NCBI GenBank assembly: GCA_040285855.1
Contig: JAUFOQ010000016.1
Location: 2,976,001-3,040,000 of the forward strand
DNA from: Eukaryota sp. GEM-RC1
Lineage: Eukaryota
Length of the DNA stretch: 64,000 nucleotides
Direction: 5' to 3'
The notes below the pieces were generated by a model. It did no database searches. It was not told where the DNA came from and saw only the letters and a program-made list of their open reading frames with translations. The translations under genes and the position numbers were made by a program. How positions within the stretch are numbered: the first letter of the stretch is position 1; each line of letters opens with the position of its first letter. Of the stretch, positions 11,786-25,995 are shown piece by piece.

Positions 11786-13134
11786 CTATTCTCGGTAGTA
11801 ATCAGCTGCTTGTTCACCACGTTTCTGATCTACAAAAAAGCATATGACCATCGCTATCAAGAAGAGACCTGCACAGAACAACAACGATCGCTGCAATCCT
11901 ATTTGAGTCTGTAGAAGTCCAAGACCAACAATTCCAAATATTCCGGCAATTTTGTAGAACAAACCCCAAAACCCGAAAAACTCAGCCGCTTTTACATCAG
12001 GAGTAAAAAGACCAACCAAGGTACGACTGGCCGACTGACTCGATCCAAGACACACACCAGCGATCAGGCCAATAAACAAAAACACATACTGCTCTTCGAA
12101 ATCAGCATCGAATATAGCGTTTAGCCAGTCTGTAATGTGGAGCACGCTGTAGATTCCCATCACCCCTACAAACCAAAGGAAGAGAATAAAGATATTGGTT
12201 TTCAACGCACCGATTTTGTCTTGCACAAAACCAAAAAGAAATGCGCCTATTGCTGCTGTTATCTGCACAATCACAAACATTAAGATTCGAACATCCTCAT
12301 CCCAGAGAACAACCTGATCACCATAGATGAAGGTAAATGAGATTATAATGTAGATACCAGCCATTTCAAAAAGACCGACATTAGGAAAATTGTAAGATCT
12401 TTGAATTTTCTAATCTCTTTGATTGTATTACTGAGTCGCTTAAAACCCATGCTTACATAGCTTTCTCCAGCTGGCAGCCTCTGCTTATCACCGTATTCCC
12501 TGAGCCATACAAATGTTGGAATTGCGGCCAATAAAAAGAACAGCCCAGCCAAAGGTCCTACAAAGCGTATTCGGTCAAAATTCTCCTCAGTTGGTTCACC
12601 AAGGTAAAGAATGACAAAACCAGCAGAAAAGAGACCTCCAACGTATCCAACTGACCATCCAAACCCTGAAATCTTTCCCAAGTCTTTAGGAGGACCCAAG
12701 TTTGGCAGGAATGCAGCGATAATGGTTTCACCAATCGAATAGGCGTAGTTTGAGATCACCATCAGAATCACACCTAGTACGATCATCCCCGGCTTAACAA
12801 AAAAGAGACTTGCTGAGCTGATTACTGTGACGATGTAGCTATAGAAAAGAAATCGCTTTTTACTGGCCCTGAAATCCATAATAGCACCAAGTACCGGTCC
12901 AGTCAGTACCACCATGAAGTAACTTATTGAGAGAGCAATACTCCAAAGCAGATTACCCCGCCGGTAGTCATCTCCATCGTTCTCCACAATGACGGTGGTA
13001 AATAAGACCGGGAAAATGACGGTGATGATGAGGAGAGTATATGCCTGATTGGCGAAGTCGAACATGGCCCAGCCAAAGATCTCCTTCTTGGGCGCTCTGG
13101 GTCTGTCTTTACGTTCTAGAAACATTTTCTCCAT
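11786..13134 (-). CDS. MFS transporter, ATG22/UMF1 family; frame break at 12368-12372
   Basis: WAMFDFANQAY, GKISGFGWSVGYVGG, QSASRTL, AEFFGFW; adding one T joins the two ORFs. Confidence 0.88.
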
Positions 13135-13774
13135 TTACTAGGTTTGCAAGATGGCTTCTTCTACTAGTAAATCAAAAGTGAAAGAAAATCTTTATTCTAG
13201 GTGTAAATCACTCAGATTTAACTACAGAATATCCGTCCACTTAAATCCAGCCGACTTTTTCTGATTACAATGCCTTATTGATCTGGTTTTTATCGGCGTT
13301 TCCCCTTCTCATATTACATCTTTGTAGAATCACTGTTTGAGGAACGAATCATGTGCATTTGTCAGCGACAGATATCTAGATACATCCCTACTTTGTTTAC
13401 ACATGACCTGATCGAAAATCACATTTACAAAAGAAAATCAAAAATTTGGGATCATTATAGAAATAAACGCGACAAAGAAATTCTGTTTCTAACTTATATT
13501 CAGATACAGCTCATTGATTGGGAATCAGACCATTACTTGTAAGACTAACTTGTTTTCACTTTCACATAGAGAACGAATGAAACAATACACACAAGAAGAG
13601 GAAGCATTTGATGCAGAATAAACAAACAGCTCTTGTGTAGTTTCTTGCAGCATCCACTTGAATTGAAGAAAGTTCATAAGGAACACACATTGTTCCTGAG
13701 AATAAAGCGGAATTTTGACTAAATGAGATTGGTTAACTCCAATGTCAATAAATTATTTCAAATAATTTAAAAAA

Positions 13775-14767
13775 TCACGAGTTAAAACCATTTGGGTGCT
13801 CCTTATGCCACCTCCAAGCAGTAGAAATGATCTCCTCAAGCTCAGAATGATCCCGTTTCCAACCCAAAATTTCCTCCGCTTTCTTAGAATCTGCAATCAA
13901 AGTATCAGGGTCACCTGCTCTTCTGGGAGCTTCTACACAAGGAATCTCACAACCTGTAACCTTTCTCGCAGCTTCAATTACTTCCTTTACAGAATAACCA
14001 ACACCAGAACCTAGATTGAAGTAGTTTGAAGGATTCCCCTCACGTAGATACAATAATGCCTTGTAGTGAGCAGATGCTAAATCCATCACGTGTATATAGT
14101 CACGGACACACGTGCCATCACGTGTGTTGTAATCAGATCCAAACATTTTGATGTGAGGGCGTTGACCAAGAGCCACCTGAAGAACAAGAGGTACGAGGTG
14201 GGTTTCAGGGGAATGAGATTCACCAATGGAAGCGAATGGATGAGCACCGGAAGCGTTAAAGTAGCGTAGAGCAACATAAGTCATGTCATGAATTCCACAG
14301 ACAGACTTCAACAGCTGTTCAACCATTAGTTTGGACTGTCCATATGGATTGATTGGAATGGTAGGTGCATCTTCAGGAATGGGTGTTATAGAAGGATTGC
14401 CAAATATTGCAGCTGTTGAAGAAAAGACAATGTGTTTACAGCCAGTATTTCTCATTGCTCGTAGGACAGACAAAGAACCAGTAACGTTGTTATCATAATA
14501 CTTGATGGGGTCTTGTACAGATTCTCCAACTTCGATATGTGCAGCAAAATGAATGATGGAATCAACGTTGTGTTCTTTGATGGTGGACTCAAGCAATTGA
14601 GTATCTCGTATATCTGCTTCAACAAAAACAATGTCAAGAGCTTTGAGACTTTCAGAAAAGCCAGCTGATAAATTGTCATAAGCAACAACAGACTCACCGT
14701 GTGATATTAGATAGTGTACAGCATGAGAGCCAATATAACCTGCAGCCCCCAGAACAAGAATTGTCAT
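13775..14767 (-). CDS. galE: UDP-glucose 4-epimerase
   Basis: ILVLGAAGYIGSH, FSSTAA, YGQSK, LRYFN, DGTCVRDYIHVMDLA; likely start MTILV at 14767. Confidence 0.96.
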   Translation of the reverse strand: MTILVLGAAGYIGSHAVHYLISHGESVVAYDNLSAGFSESLKALDIVFVEADIRDTQLLESTIKEHNVDSIIHFAAHIEVGESVQDPIKYYDNNVTGSLSVLRAMRNTGCKHIVFSSTAAIFGNPSITPIPEDAPTIPINPYGQSKLMVEQLLKSVCGIHDMTYVALRYFNASGAHPFASIGESHSPETHLVPLVLQVALGQRPHIKMFGSDYNTRDGTCVRDYIHVMDLASAHYKALLYLREGNPSNYFNLGSGVGYSVKEVIEAARKVTGCEIPCVEAPRRAGDPDTLIADSKKAEEILGWKRDHSELEEIISTAWRWHKEHPNGFNS

Positions 14768-14803
14768 GCGAATTTTTCCTGTAACAGATCTCCTCCTAAT
14801 TTG

Positions 14804-15799
14804 ATGAGTCATGAACTTATTGCCAACCTTGAATCTACTTCTGTAGAACTTTCACAGCACTTCCACAATCTTGCCTTTAAAGATGCTAATTATCGAAAGT
14901 TTCATACTCGAATCAAAAACCACTTCTCTCAACTGGTAGACAAAAAAAGAAAACATGAGCAGAAACAGGAACAACAATCTCCTTCCTTAAGACCTTTCAC
15001 AGCTCCAGTTTTTTCTCAAAGAGTTCTTACAGAAACTTCAAAGAAATTAAATGGGCCAGCCCCCACCATTCCTACTCTAAAGCTCCCCCAGCCCCCTGGA
15101 CATCCCCCTCCTTCTCCTCGACTGTCTAAGATCCGTTTAATCAACTCTACAAGGGCCTCTACTCCTCTCATTGAAGTTTGCCATTCTCCCAGACACACTG
15201 CTAGAACACTGACTACTGTTCGTCCTTTTGTACCCCCACTTCTTCGGGATCGTAGTATTTCTATCTCTTCTATCTCTTCCGGATCTCCAAGGGCTCCAAG
15301 ATCTTTGCTTACAGTACAGCGTAAACGTCAGGTCTATCGGAAGCTCTTTATCTTTATTAATGTTTTAGCTTGTTTTAGGTATCGTGGCTTAGTCCATCAA
15401 TTACGCAGGGAGAATTCTCAAAGACATGGCGGCGTGTTAACACGTTCGATTATGCAACAAATCAAAAGGCCGCAAAGTGCATTGCGAAAGGTCACAATGA
15501 AAGATCTTTATGAGTCACAATCACTTACTAAGTCAGTTTTATCGCGTGATTTGATTTTTCAAGCAAAGAAACAGAAAGAGCAACAAATTAAGCAGTATAG
15601 ACATGAGGATGGGTTGTTGGAAAGCTCAAATGTTGCTCAAAAGTATGTCAATGCTTTAAGATCACAAGAACGTCCTAAAACAACACGACCTTCAACTTCT
15701 TTTGGACTGAATACAACACGTTCTCTTGTAATGGATGATCTTCATTTTGTTCAAACTCCTAGAACTTGGAGGTCGACGTGCATTTCATCTTTTAGGTAG
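14804..15799 (+). CDS. hypothetical basic, Pro/Ser/Arg-rich protein
   Basis: Long ORF divergent from galE; first non-overlapping ATG at 14804. Confidence 0.7.
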   Translation: MSHELIANLESTSVELSQHFHNLAFKDANYRKFHTRIKNHFSQLVDKKRKHEQKQEQQSPSLRPFTAPVFSQRVLTETSKKLNGPAPTIPTLKLPQPPGHPPPSPRLSKIRLINSTRASTPLIEVCHSPRHTARTLTTVRPFVPPLLRDRSISISSISSGSPRAPRSLLTVQRKRQVYRKLFIFINVLACFRYRGLVHQLRRENSQRHGGVLTRSIMQQIKRPQSALRKVTMKDLYESQSLTKSVLSRDLIFQAKKQKEQQIKQYRHEDGLLESSNVAQKYVNALRSQERPKTTRPSTSFGLNTTRSLVMDDLHFVQTPRTWRSTCISSFR

Positions 15800-15970
15800 A
15801 ATTAATGTGCGGCAGAGATGTGTTTTGTGTGATTATTTTGTAATCAATTGTATTGTTATACTTGTATTGTATTTGTTTAATGTTTTGTATATTATTTAGT
15901 CTTATTTCAACTGTAAATATTTTATGAATTGAAATTTTGGTCTTCATGATACAATTTAAATTACACATTA

Positions 15971-18900
15971 TTAGATAAACTCATCCAGTTCTTCATCAAA
16001 CGCACTTTCCTCGTTCACAGGATCGTCTAGAACCACCTGATCATGACACAAAGGGCAAGTTGCCGCGTCTTCCATGCATACTCGTAAAGCTCGCTGATTA
16101 CACCTACTACAACGCCATATTTCATCTGTAAAAGAGATACGTTGTCCAGAAGCAATACAAAACAGTGGAACAGCTCCACACTCACAGTAAGGATCAAGGC
16201 ACGACACACTCTTCTGACATGAAAGACACTCAGTGGAGGGGAACGGGGGTTCAAGGGGGGAAGGTTCTCGATCCTTGAATAGAAGGAATCCAAAGGAAGT
16301 AAAAACTTCCCGAGTATCGGAGTCAATGGTATCGTCAGTTTCAACAGAAGTCAATGCTGACGACACACAGTCTAATCGCTTGGCGTACAGGGCTGAGAGA
16401 ACTAAGAGGGAGGCAATATGAACTTTAGGAATGATATCGTGGAAAGTGAATAGAGTTGTGGCTGTGACAAGTGCTTGGTTGAACTCCTCGGAATAAATAT
16501 GACGTTGTACAAGTAGTAGAAGATGAATAGCAATCGAAGGTCTCCAAAAATCAAAGAAATCTTTTGATAGATTTGCTTCAAAATTTAAAAATCCATCCAG
16601 AGTTGATCGTGTTTTGTTGGAAGCCAGTTGAACAGCGCGCTCATTATTAAACTGTAACGCAGCCAAAACAAACAACTTCTTAACAAACAGAAAATTGACA
16701 TTTTTACTTGGATCAAATCCTTTCAACTGAGGTAGTACTGGTAATTCCGCTATCTTCTGTCCCAGTCTCTTCCTAGTTAGAATCTTTCCTAAATCAACTA
16801 ATAGTTTAGCCACATTACTAAAACGTTGACTCTTAATCCACATGTTAATACCACCAAGTACGTCACCACTTTCGATTGTTAACAGAGTGATGCGATCCAA
16901 CTTCTGCATTAAGTTGTTAACTTTGTACTTCCTACTAAAGTCTACCACCAGTTCCCACTCAGAGAACTCCATGCAAATATCGACAGCTCTATCAACATTA
17001 CCAGCCTTTACTGAGGTTTCCGCTGCACCAACAGCGAATCCACCAGCAGCTAACTGTTCAGCAAGTTCAGGGAGTAGTGGGTGATTGTCTGGGAGCTTTC
17101 TAGCGATTTCAATCAAACCGGCATAGTTTCCTGATTCGAAGTAGCACTTGGCAAGAGGCTCGTAAGCATGACACTCTTCAAACACAATACTTGCCTGACT
17201 AAAATCAGCTCTATCAAAGTACTGATAACCTAATGTCAATAGAGTTTCCCTTTTCAACAGTGAATCGTCAGAAGTGAGATCAAGAGCACGGTGATAGTTG
17301 CCTAGTTTACGCTGTAGGTCTGCAGCTAGATCCTTACGACCAAGAGCTAAGTAAATGTTCTCGGCTTCAGAAGAGTTTCCAAAGAAAAGGCAAATCTCGG
17401 CTTCTCGTAGTTTAACATCTCGAATAGATTTTAATTTTTTAATTAATTGAATTCCTGCGAAGTCTGAGTATCGAACAAACGCTCTGAAAGCCGTGTCAAA
17501 ATCATTACCCATTAATGCCACTTCTGCCACAATCCTCCACAACCGTGGATGACTATTATCACACACGTAATTAAAGCAATCAATCAGGGGAAACTGTTGA
17601 CGTCATCTGTCGTAGATCACGTAATGGCTTTGACTCTGATTCAAAACAGATTGCTGAATGAGAAGGTACAAGAGAATCAAGTAAATGTTCAATACACAGA
17701 CTAGAAATTTCCAAATCATTGAAGAAGAAAGGCATTGTGACAGTTTCAAATACCATCGGATCCTCAGGCTTACCGTCTCTACTTAAGAAAACTTTGCTCT
17801 TCTCTCCAAATAGAGCTAGGTCTGGGTCATCCAGAGCATATGTGATTGTCCACACGTCCTTGCGACTGACATCGGGGATTTCTTCAAAAGTCAATCCTGA
17901 TGATGATTTCTTGACAATAAAGAACACCAATCGATAATTCTTGTCAATGACAGCAAGGCGAGATTCAATGTTATTAAAAACCATCTTAGTAATACTCTCA
18001 AAATCAAGAGAATTCGCACAGGCAGCCAAATTAACAGTCTGAATAAAGCTAAAATCACTTCTAGACAGGAGGGTCATCCTGCCACTCTGCCTAACAAACC
18101 CCAGCCAACTTTTACTAGTACAGATATAACAAATAGAATCTGCACTTGGGGAAGCATTGATTTTACTGAATTTTTCAAAATCATGAAGAGTAAACGATGG
18201 ATCGTCAACTAAAAGATAGTGTAAAGAGAAGTTTCTTCGAACTGTATCATCAAAACACCACAGACAAACAGCAGAACCGTCAGTAGCTACAGCAAAAGTA
18301 TCCGTACAAGCAACTAATCGAGGTAAGATTAGCAGTTCAGCTGAGTTAATCTGTGCACCAATAGAATTGTAAAGAGAAAGAAAGTACTGATGAGATGCTT
18401 GGCTAATAAAAGCACCTTTAGTCACATCATCATCAAACTCTAGCCCAGGTAAAGAATCTGATTGCCCTGATGACGTGATGTTAATGGTGGAGACAACAAA
18501 GTACTTTGAAGATGACGAGGAAGTCAGATATCCAGGCAATGGAGTTATCTTGGAGTCAAACGTGTGAAGATTAATGAAGATAGCACAGGACCTACCATCA
18601 GAAGCAGCACCAGCAGTTTCAGAAGCTAACACTCCCCCAAAGGGCCTGGTTAGGACAAGGGAGGATTGGCTAAGGGGATGGATATCGTGGGAGTATCGAG
18701 TTGCAAGGAAGACGATCTGAGATCCTTGGGCAACGGCTAACATGGTACCTCCAAAGCACCACGTTAGACAACAAGGAGAGGAGGAAGGAGAGGTTTTGGG
18801 GGGAGGAATTGAGATGGAAGAAAGAAGTTCACCAGTACATGAGAAGAAGGAAACTTCGTTGGCTGAGGATATAACAGCAAGGAAAGATCCATCAGGACTC

Positions 18901-19759
18901 CAGTGAGTAAGAGGGAAGAACTTCTTGCGAGCTGTGGAGGAAGTTAGAGAAATAGGAACTATGGCAGAATCTGTAGATGTACAAGCTGAGAAGAGACGAT
19001 ACGGGTAAGAGTTCTTGTTAAAAGGAAGAATGAAGAGGTTTTGTTGTGATAAGAAAGCTAGAGCTCCCACTCCTCCTGCTAGATTGAGATGACATGATGA
19101 AGAGTTTGGAAGAATGGTGTGGTTTTCAAGTAGAGCAGTCTTTGCGGTTGGAAACTGTGCCAGAACTGAGTTGTATAGAGTACCATTAGTGTCATACAAC
19201 AGTACATCGGGCTCAACTGACTCCTCATTGCCATTAGAAAGAACTACAAACTTGTCTTCAGCGACCCAGGAACAGGATGCCATTGTTCCATTGTCCAGTA
19301 ATGAATCTCCCCATATCCTACTGCCGTCAAGACATCCAATTAATAGATATCCATCTTCATAGCCAACTAGAATACGTTCACCATCTAATGACCATTGTAG
19401 AGAAGCTAGACAATGGCCTTCACGATGGTTTACAAGTTCCTCATGAAAATAAAGAGATGGACCTGTTTCGGGATCGTTTGATTCAAAAAACTTCCATACA
19501 AATATACAACCATCAGCAGAAGCAGTACTTAGTCTAGAATTTGTTTCGTTCCAAGATATGTGAGTAATGGTATCCTTATGTCCTTCAATAGTGTGATTAA
19601 AAGAAAGTCCGTTTTTGCTAGAAGAGTCGAGACGAAGTACTTTTAGGAAGCCCTTTTGTCCACCAACAGCAAACAATTTGTCTGTATTATTCCAAGCAAT
19701 ACATGAAATGGAAACTCCTGCAGGAAGAGCAATTTTTTGCTTAAGGCAGCAAATAACAT
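15971..19759 (-). CDS. WDR35: intraflagellar transport protein 121 (WD40 + TPR + C-terminal zinc finger); frame breaks at 19733-19738 and 17587-17590
   Basis: Reconstructed MLFAALSKKIALP..CIAWN..AVGGQKGFLKVLRL, DNSHPRLWRIVAE, FCIASG..WRCSRC..CPLCH. Confidence 0.92.
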
Positions 19760-19846
19760 TAAGGAGAAACTTGGGTATTGGGAAAGAATAATTATCTCAA
19801 ACCCGCTTACTTACTACTTGCTGCTTTCTCTCTCTATACTTCTCTT

Positions 19847-22800
19847 ATGAATGCTGCTTCTACCAATGACGGTACATGTGCTGGTACCGGAACTATGGTT
19901 TACTGCGACGGAACTCAATATCGGGGCGAATGGTACTCTGGCAAACGTTGGGGCAAAGGAATAGCTGTCTATCCTGACGGTTCTCGATACGAAGGAGAAT
20001 GGTTTGTCTCCTCCTCCCTCTTTTCACACTAGGTGCCGTGACCAACGCAACTACAAAGGTGTCTGTCACTATGCTAACAATGACGTCTACGAAGGTGACT
20101 GGCAAGATGATATGAAACACGGCCATGGAATATACACCGATGGTGAAGGAAACAGATATGAAGGTGACTTTAAACGCGACTCTCGTGAAGGCGAAGGTGT
20201 TCTCACTTATGTTACTGGCGATAAATACCGTGGCTCTTGGGCTAATGACTCCCGTAATGGCAAAGGTGTCTGTCTCTACTCTAATGGTGACCGCTATGAA
20301 GGAAAATGGAAAGATGATCTTCGACATGGCTTCGGTGTCCAAGTCTACGCTGATGGTTCCCGCTATGAAGGCAAATGGAAAGCTGACCGTCGAAACGGAA
20401 AAGGTATTGTCAGATACGCTTCTGGTGAAATTTACGAAGGAGAATGGCGTGACGACAAACCCCATGGTCAAGGTGTTATCTATGGCGGAGAAATCAAATA
20501 CGAAGGCATGTGGGTCGACGGCATCCGCACTGGTATGGGTATATGCTCTTACTCCGATGGATCTCAATACGACGGTAACTTCGTCAATGGTCTAAGAGAT
20601 GGCGTTGGTGTCATGAAGTATGCTAACGGTGATGAATACAAGGGTGAGTGGAAGAACGACCTCCGTGAAGGCCAAGGTGTCTGTGAGTATCAAACCGGTG
20701 ACATCTTTGAAGGTACCTGGAAAGCTGACCATCGTGATGGGAAGGGTGAGTTCAAGGGAGCCCGTGGAGACTCTTATAACGGAGACTGGGTGCAAGACCT
20801 TAGAGAAGGAGAAGGTGTCCAGATTTACGAAGATTCCACCATGTATCAGGGTAAGTTTCTCAACGATAAGCGTCATTATACTGGTCTTTGTATCTACGCT
20901 GATGGATCTGAATATAGAGGAGGCTGGAAGAACGACCTTCGTGATGGAAATGGTGTCATGTCTGAATCTAACGGTGATCGCTATGAAGGAAAATGGAAAA
21001 ACGACTTCAGAATTGGAAGAGGTCGTATAATCAGAGCCGATGGAGAAGTTTTCGAAGTTAAATGGACCGCCTCTAGTAATATTGGTATCGCCAGCTACAG
21101 TAATGGTGACTCTTATGAAGGTGAGTTTGGTGCCGCCACAATGGAAGGAACTGGTACCTACCACTTTAAGAACGGTGATGTCTATGAAGGTGAATTCAAA
21201 AGCGATCGTCGTAATGGTAAAGGTGTCATGACATACGCAAACACTTTCCACGACCCACACACTAATGACCACGTCATCCGAATTGAAGGTGATTGGGTTG
21301 ATGGCGAAGTCCACGGCCACGCTGTTGCTGTCTACCACGATGGTGAATACTCCGGGGAATGGGTCAGGGGAAGAAGACTAGGTAAAGGCCGAAGAACATA
21401 CTCTGATGGAACAGTTTATGAAGGAGACTTTGAAGACATTCGTTCTGGGCAAGGTGTGCTTAAGTATACCGACGGTAAGGTCTTTATTGGTGATTTCCAC
21501 AGTGACCAACCTCATGGAAAAGGAGAACTCAGATTCCGAAATGGTGACGTATATGAAGGTGATTTTGTTGAAGGAAAGCGTACTGGTTTTGGTATCCTCA
21601 ACACTGCTAAAGGAGACAAATATGAAGGTGAATGGCGTTTGGATCAACAACATGGTATGGGAACATGTGCTTTTGCTAATGGTGACGTTTACGAAGGTGA
21701 ATGGATCTCTAACAAACGTGAAGGAAAAGGCTTCTGTCTATACGCCAACAAGGACAAATATGAAGGTTTTTGGCGCCAAGATCTACCCGATGGCGAAGGT
21801 ATCTGCCTCTACTCCACTGGGGAACGTTACGACGGTTTCTGGGTCAAGGGTTGCCGCTCAGGAAAGGGATCTTGTGTCTGGCCAGATGGAACTTCCTATC
21901 AAGGTGATTGGAAAGACGACGCTAGAAGTGGAAGTGGTACTTGTATATACCCCTCTGGAAACGTTTACTCTGGTGAATGGGTTAAGGACTTCCGCCAAGG
22001 ACGTGGTAACTACGTATTCCACTCAGCTCCAGCTACTGACGAGTCTCTCAATGGGGCTTCCGTTGGTCACGATGCTCAACCATCTAATACTTATGACGGA
22101 TCGTGGTTCGATGATATGCGAAGTGGACCTGGTGAATGTGTCTACGAGAACGGCGATCACTACGTTGGCCAATGGAAGAACAATCTACGCCATGGAGAGG
22201 GAACACTTTACTTTGTTACTGGAGAGAAGTACTCTGGACAGTGGATTGAGGATGAAATAGAAGGCTATGGTTTCTTAGTTGACCAGTATTTCAACGAGTA
22301 TGAAGGTCAGTTTGTTAAAGGAACTCGTGAAGGACATGGAACTTGCCGATACAACAATGGTGACGTTTACACTGGACAGTGGAGCTCTGATTACCGACAT
22401 GGACAGGGTTGCTGTGATTACGACAATGGAGACAAATACGAAGGTGAATGGTCTAAAGACAAAAGATGTGGTAAAGGTACTTGTACCTACATTGGAGGTG
22501 GAGTTTACGAAGGTTCTTGGATTGACGACATCCGCGTTGGCTTTGGTGTGATGACCTTCCCCCTCTGGTGACGTTTACAAGGGTGAATGGAAGGACGACT
22601 TGCCTTGTGGCCGTGGTTCAATGATTTATTCAACTGAAGATGAGTATGATGGTCAATGGTATAAGGGTGGTCGTCATGGTGAAGGTGTTCTAGTCACAAG
22701 GAATGTTCGCTATGAAGGTACCTGGGCAGAAGATCTTCAACATGGTATGGGAACCCTTCGTTTTGCCGATGGTTCAGTATACAGAGGAGAATGGAACTGT

Positions 22801-23631
22801 GGTCGCATGACTGGCCGTGGTACTTTCACATCATCTTCTGGCCTTAATTTCACTGTTCAATGGAAGGTTGATGAGAAGCTCGGTGTGGCTACTTATTCAG
22901 ACGGTTCAATCTACGATGGTGAATGGAAGGGAGCAATGAGACACGGAAGAGGAACCTTCACTGATGCCAGTACGGGTGAACGCTATTCTGGTGAGTTTGA
23001 AGATAATCTACGTTGTGGACACGGTACTTGCACCTATGCTAATGGTGATACCTTTATTGGAACATGGGACAACAACGTCAGACATGGTCATGGTACGATG
23101 ACTTACTCGAGTGGTGATTTATACGAGGGTGAGTGGTATGATGACGTCAGACACGGTGCAGGAACTCTCACGCTATCAACAGGTCAAAAATACACTGGTG
23201 ATTGGGTTAGGGATCACGTTCATGGAAAGGGTGAGCTCCGAGAAAGTAATGGTGACGTTTACTCTGGTGAATTTGTTGATGGTGTCCGTAATGGTCATGG
23301 AAAATGCACATATGCCTACGGTGATTTCTACGAAGGCCCTTGGGTCAATGGTCGCCGTGAAGGTGTAAATGGTCAGTATGTTGTACATGATGATGGTGAG
23401 GAATACGTTGGCGAGTGGTTAGCAGATTCTCGACATGGATATGGTATAATTCGCTTTGGAAACGGTGATGTTTATGAAGGTGAATTTAAGAATGATGTAC
23501 GCCATGGATTTGGTAAGATGAGTTATGCATGTGGAGATGTTTATGAAGGTAACTTCAAGGACAACAAGAAATGCGGCCGTGGTAAATGTCTGTTTGCAAC
23601 TGGTGATATATATGAAGGAGAATTTAGTTAG
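19847..23631 (+). CDS. large MORN-repeat protein; intron 20002-20032, frame break at 22559-22563
   Basis: Dozens of YEGEWxxDxRxGxG repeats; splicing restores EGEWCRDQR; removing one C restores FPSGDVYKGEW. Confidence 0.93.
20002..20032 (+). other. 31-nt spliceosomal intron
   Basis: GTTTGT...CACTAG; removal joins MORN repeats in frame. Confidence 0.9.
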
Positions 23632-23894
23632 ACCACCTGTATAATTTAAGCCATTTGGAGTTCCAAATTGTATTTTTAGAATAAATTGTTTCATTATTTT
23701 TTGACCTTACACGTTTGTGTTTTGCTCTGGTTTACTCAAAAACACGGCCGTGATCACATCACACCACACCAAGTTCAACAAAGTAGCTAAAGCATGATGG
23801 TTCTGCTTGTCGTGCTCAATACTGGTTGACTACTAGTAGATTATTTTCGTAGTTTAAAGTTGTTTAAAAAATACATTTATTAAGACCATTACAG

Positions 23895-25995
23895 TTACAG
23901 TTCTTCTTCAGTCTGATATTGAGCTAAATGATTTTTAAATGATTGAATCAAAGTTTTTTGAATTTCAGGATTCATTTGCTTCAATGAATTAATAATTATT
24001 TCCTGAGCAGCATGAGATTTAGCTTCTTCCAATTCATTCTCTGATTCAAACCCTTCACATTCAGACAACTCACTCTCAGCGTCTCTAAATCTCTCAATCA
24101 TATCACGTATTTCTTCTGTTTGTTCATCATTCAATTTGTCCATTTGAGCCAAAATTTCATCGCAATTGTCCATATTCAAGAAATCCTTGATAGCAGCGAT
24201 ATTTCCAACATCAGATTCATTCAATAAAGGATCAGTTGATTGAGATTTGAGACCTTCATCGAAATCATCAAGAGAAAGCTGAGCAAGCGCCTCACCCTGA
24301 TCAATTTCCTGTTTTGGAATGATCCTCTTAACAGTATCAGTGAGCTCATCATCAGAAATCAAATCACGTGACACTTTAGGAGTGGTAGTCGGCTCAACTT
24401 CGATATCTGACCCTTCGATATTTCCAGCAGCCGAGAACTTCTGCCACCACTCTGAATTACACACAGTGTTATCTCCTGGTTTGTCAGTGTTTTCATCTGA
24501 ATAACAGTTAGTATCTGAAGCGGCATGTCGGGAGCTATTATCACTATCAATTGAGTTCAAGTATTTCTCGGTATCAATAATGATATTACTTCTGATTTCA
24601 CTTTCTGATTCAGTATGAGTAGCATCAGATTGTTGGTCTTCTGGTCTTTCAACTAAGGAAGTCAACATGGCCAATTGCTCTTCCAAATGAGATCTCTGCT
24701 CCTCCAACTCCTTTAATCTCTCCTCAGCTGTAGCAAGACCATTAGCCAACGACTCACTGAAAGAAGACATTGAATCATCAGCTTGATGGGAATCGCCAAA
24801 GGTCTCTGAAACAATAGACTCAACATCAGAGGCAGGACAAGTCACATGAAGAGATATCAATTCTCTAAACAACGTGGCCTTTAGTTGATCCATTACTATA
24901 TGTAAAGACTCGTTATTCAGGGGATATTCTTGGATGGAGGATAGCAAGGAGGACACAATCTGGGAGATATGGTCATTCTCCAAGACGACAAGCTGTTTAG
25001 CTTGGGTAGGCATGTTTGAAATGGACAAAACTTCTTCCTTGTGTTGTTCAAGCAGAACATTTAATTTTTCAAAAATATTCATTAACAATTCCTTTGAGAA
25101 AATGGGAGTTCTTTCAGTACTTTCTTGTAAATGATGTACCAGCCGCTCCTCAACATTATCTGTAATTTCAAGCACCCGGGCCTTGATTCCAGCTATACTC
25201 TTGTCAATCTCATCATCTTCGTACTCTTCAATAACTTCATAGGAATCCTCTTCTTCTTGTACTTCTTGCTCAGGAGAGATTCTTGGAGCAGTCCCCCTCA
25301 TGCATTTGTACAGTCGGCCCTAGAATTTCCAAGGGATTTCGATGAAACTCACATTGTTCTTCATGATCAGACGTGCAGTTACACTGTCCAGAGACGATGG
25401 ATTTTCTTCTTTTAGTAGTTGGTGCACTGGTAGACTTGTCTTGGGTTTCCTCTTCTACTTCTTCCTCAGTTGTTTGCTCTGTGGCATTCTCTGTTCGTTG
25501 GTGATGGTCTAGCTGACTGAGGTTCTCAACACGGTCGTGGGCCATGGCGTAGGCACAGGAAACAAGGGCGCTGAGGCCACTTGGAGCTAAGTGGAGGGTG
25601 AGGCGTAGGAGATAAGCGATGAGTTCCAGGGTCTTCTCGTCATTGGAATGGATGGAAAGAAGGCAGGAGAGATCAGGAACGATGGAGGAAATGCCAGTAA
25701 AATCACTGATGGTGGTGTTTGTAGGGGCTGGGATTTCATCTTGGGACTGATAGTGCTCAGAAGGGATGTCGTTGATGCCTGTAATATCGGATTGGTTACT
25801 GAGACAGTTTTCGACACCTGAGGAGGCTACAGAAGAAGCATCACTCATAGAAGAGGAAGGACGTCGTTTGGAAAGGCGTTCCGGAGGACGAGAAGATGAA
25901 GAAGAAGTGGCCAGCTGTTCATGTAGTAAATTAGATCGCTCTCGTAGTTCGGCGAGAGACACGGTAGTGCTGCACTCAGATGATGAAACAGACAT
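23895..25995 (-). CDS. hypothetical acidic coiled-coil protein; frame break at 25293-25297
   Basis: Two overlapping ORFs joined by removing one G of a G5 run. Confidence 0.7.

Noticed and set aside
19893..23694. Long alternative-frame and antisense ORFs over the MORN gene
   Set aside because: Shadows of a repetitive, codon-biased CDS
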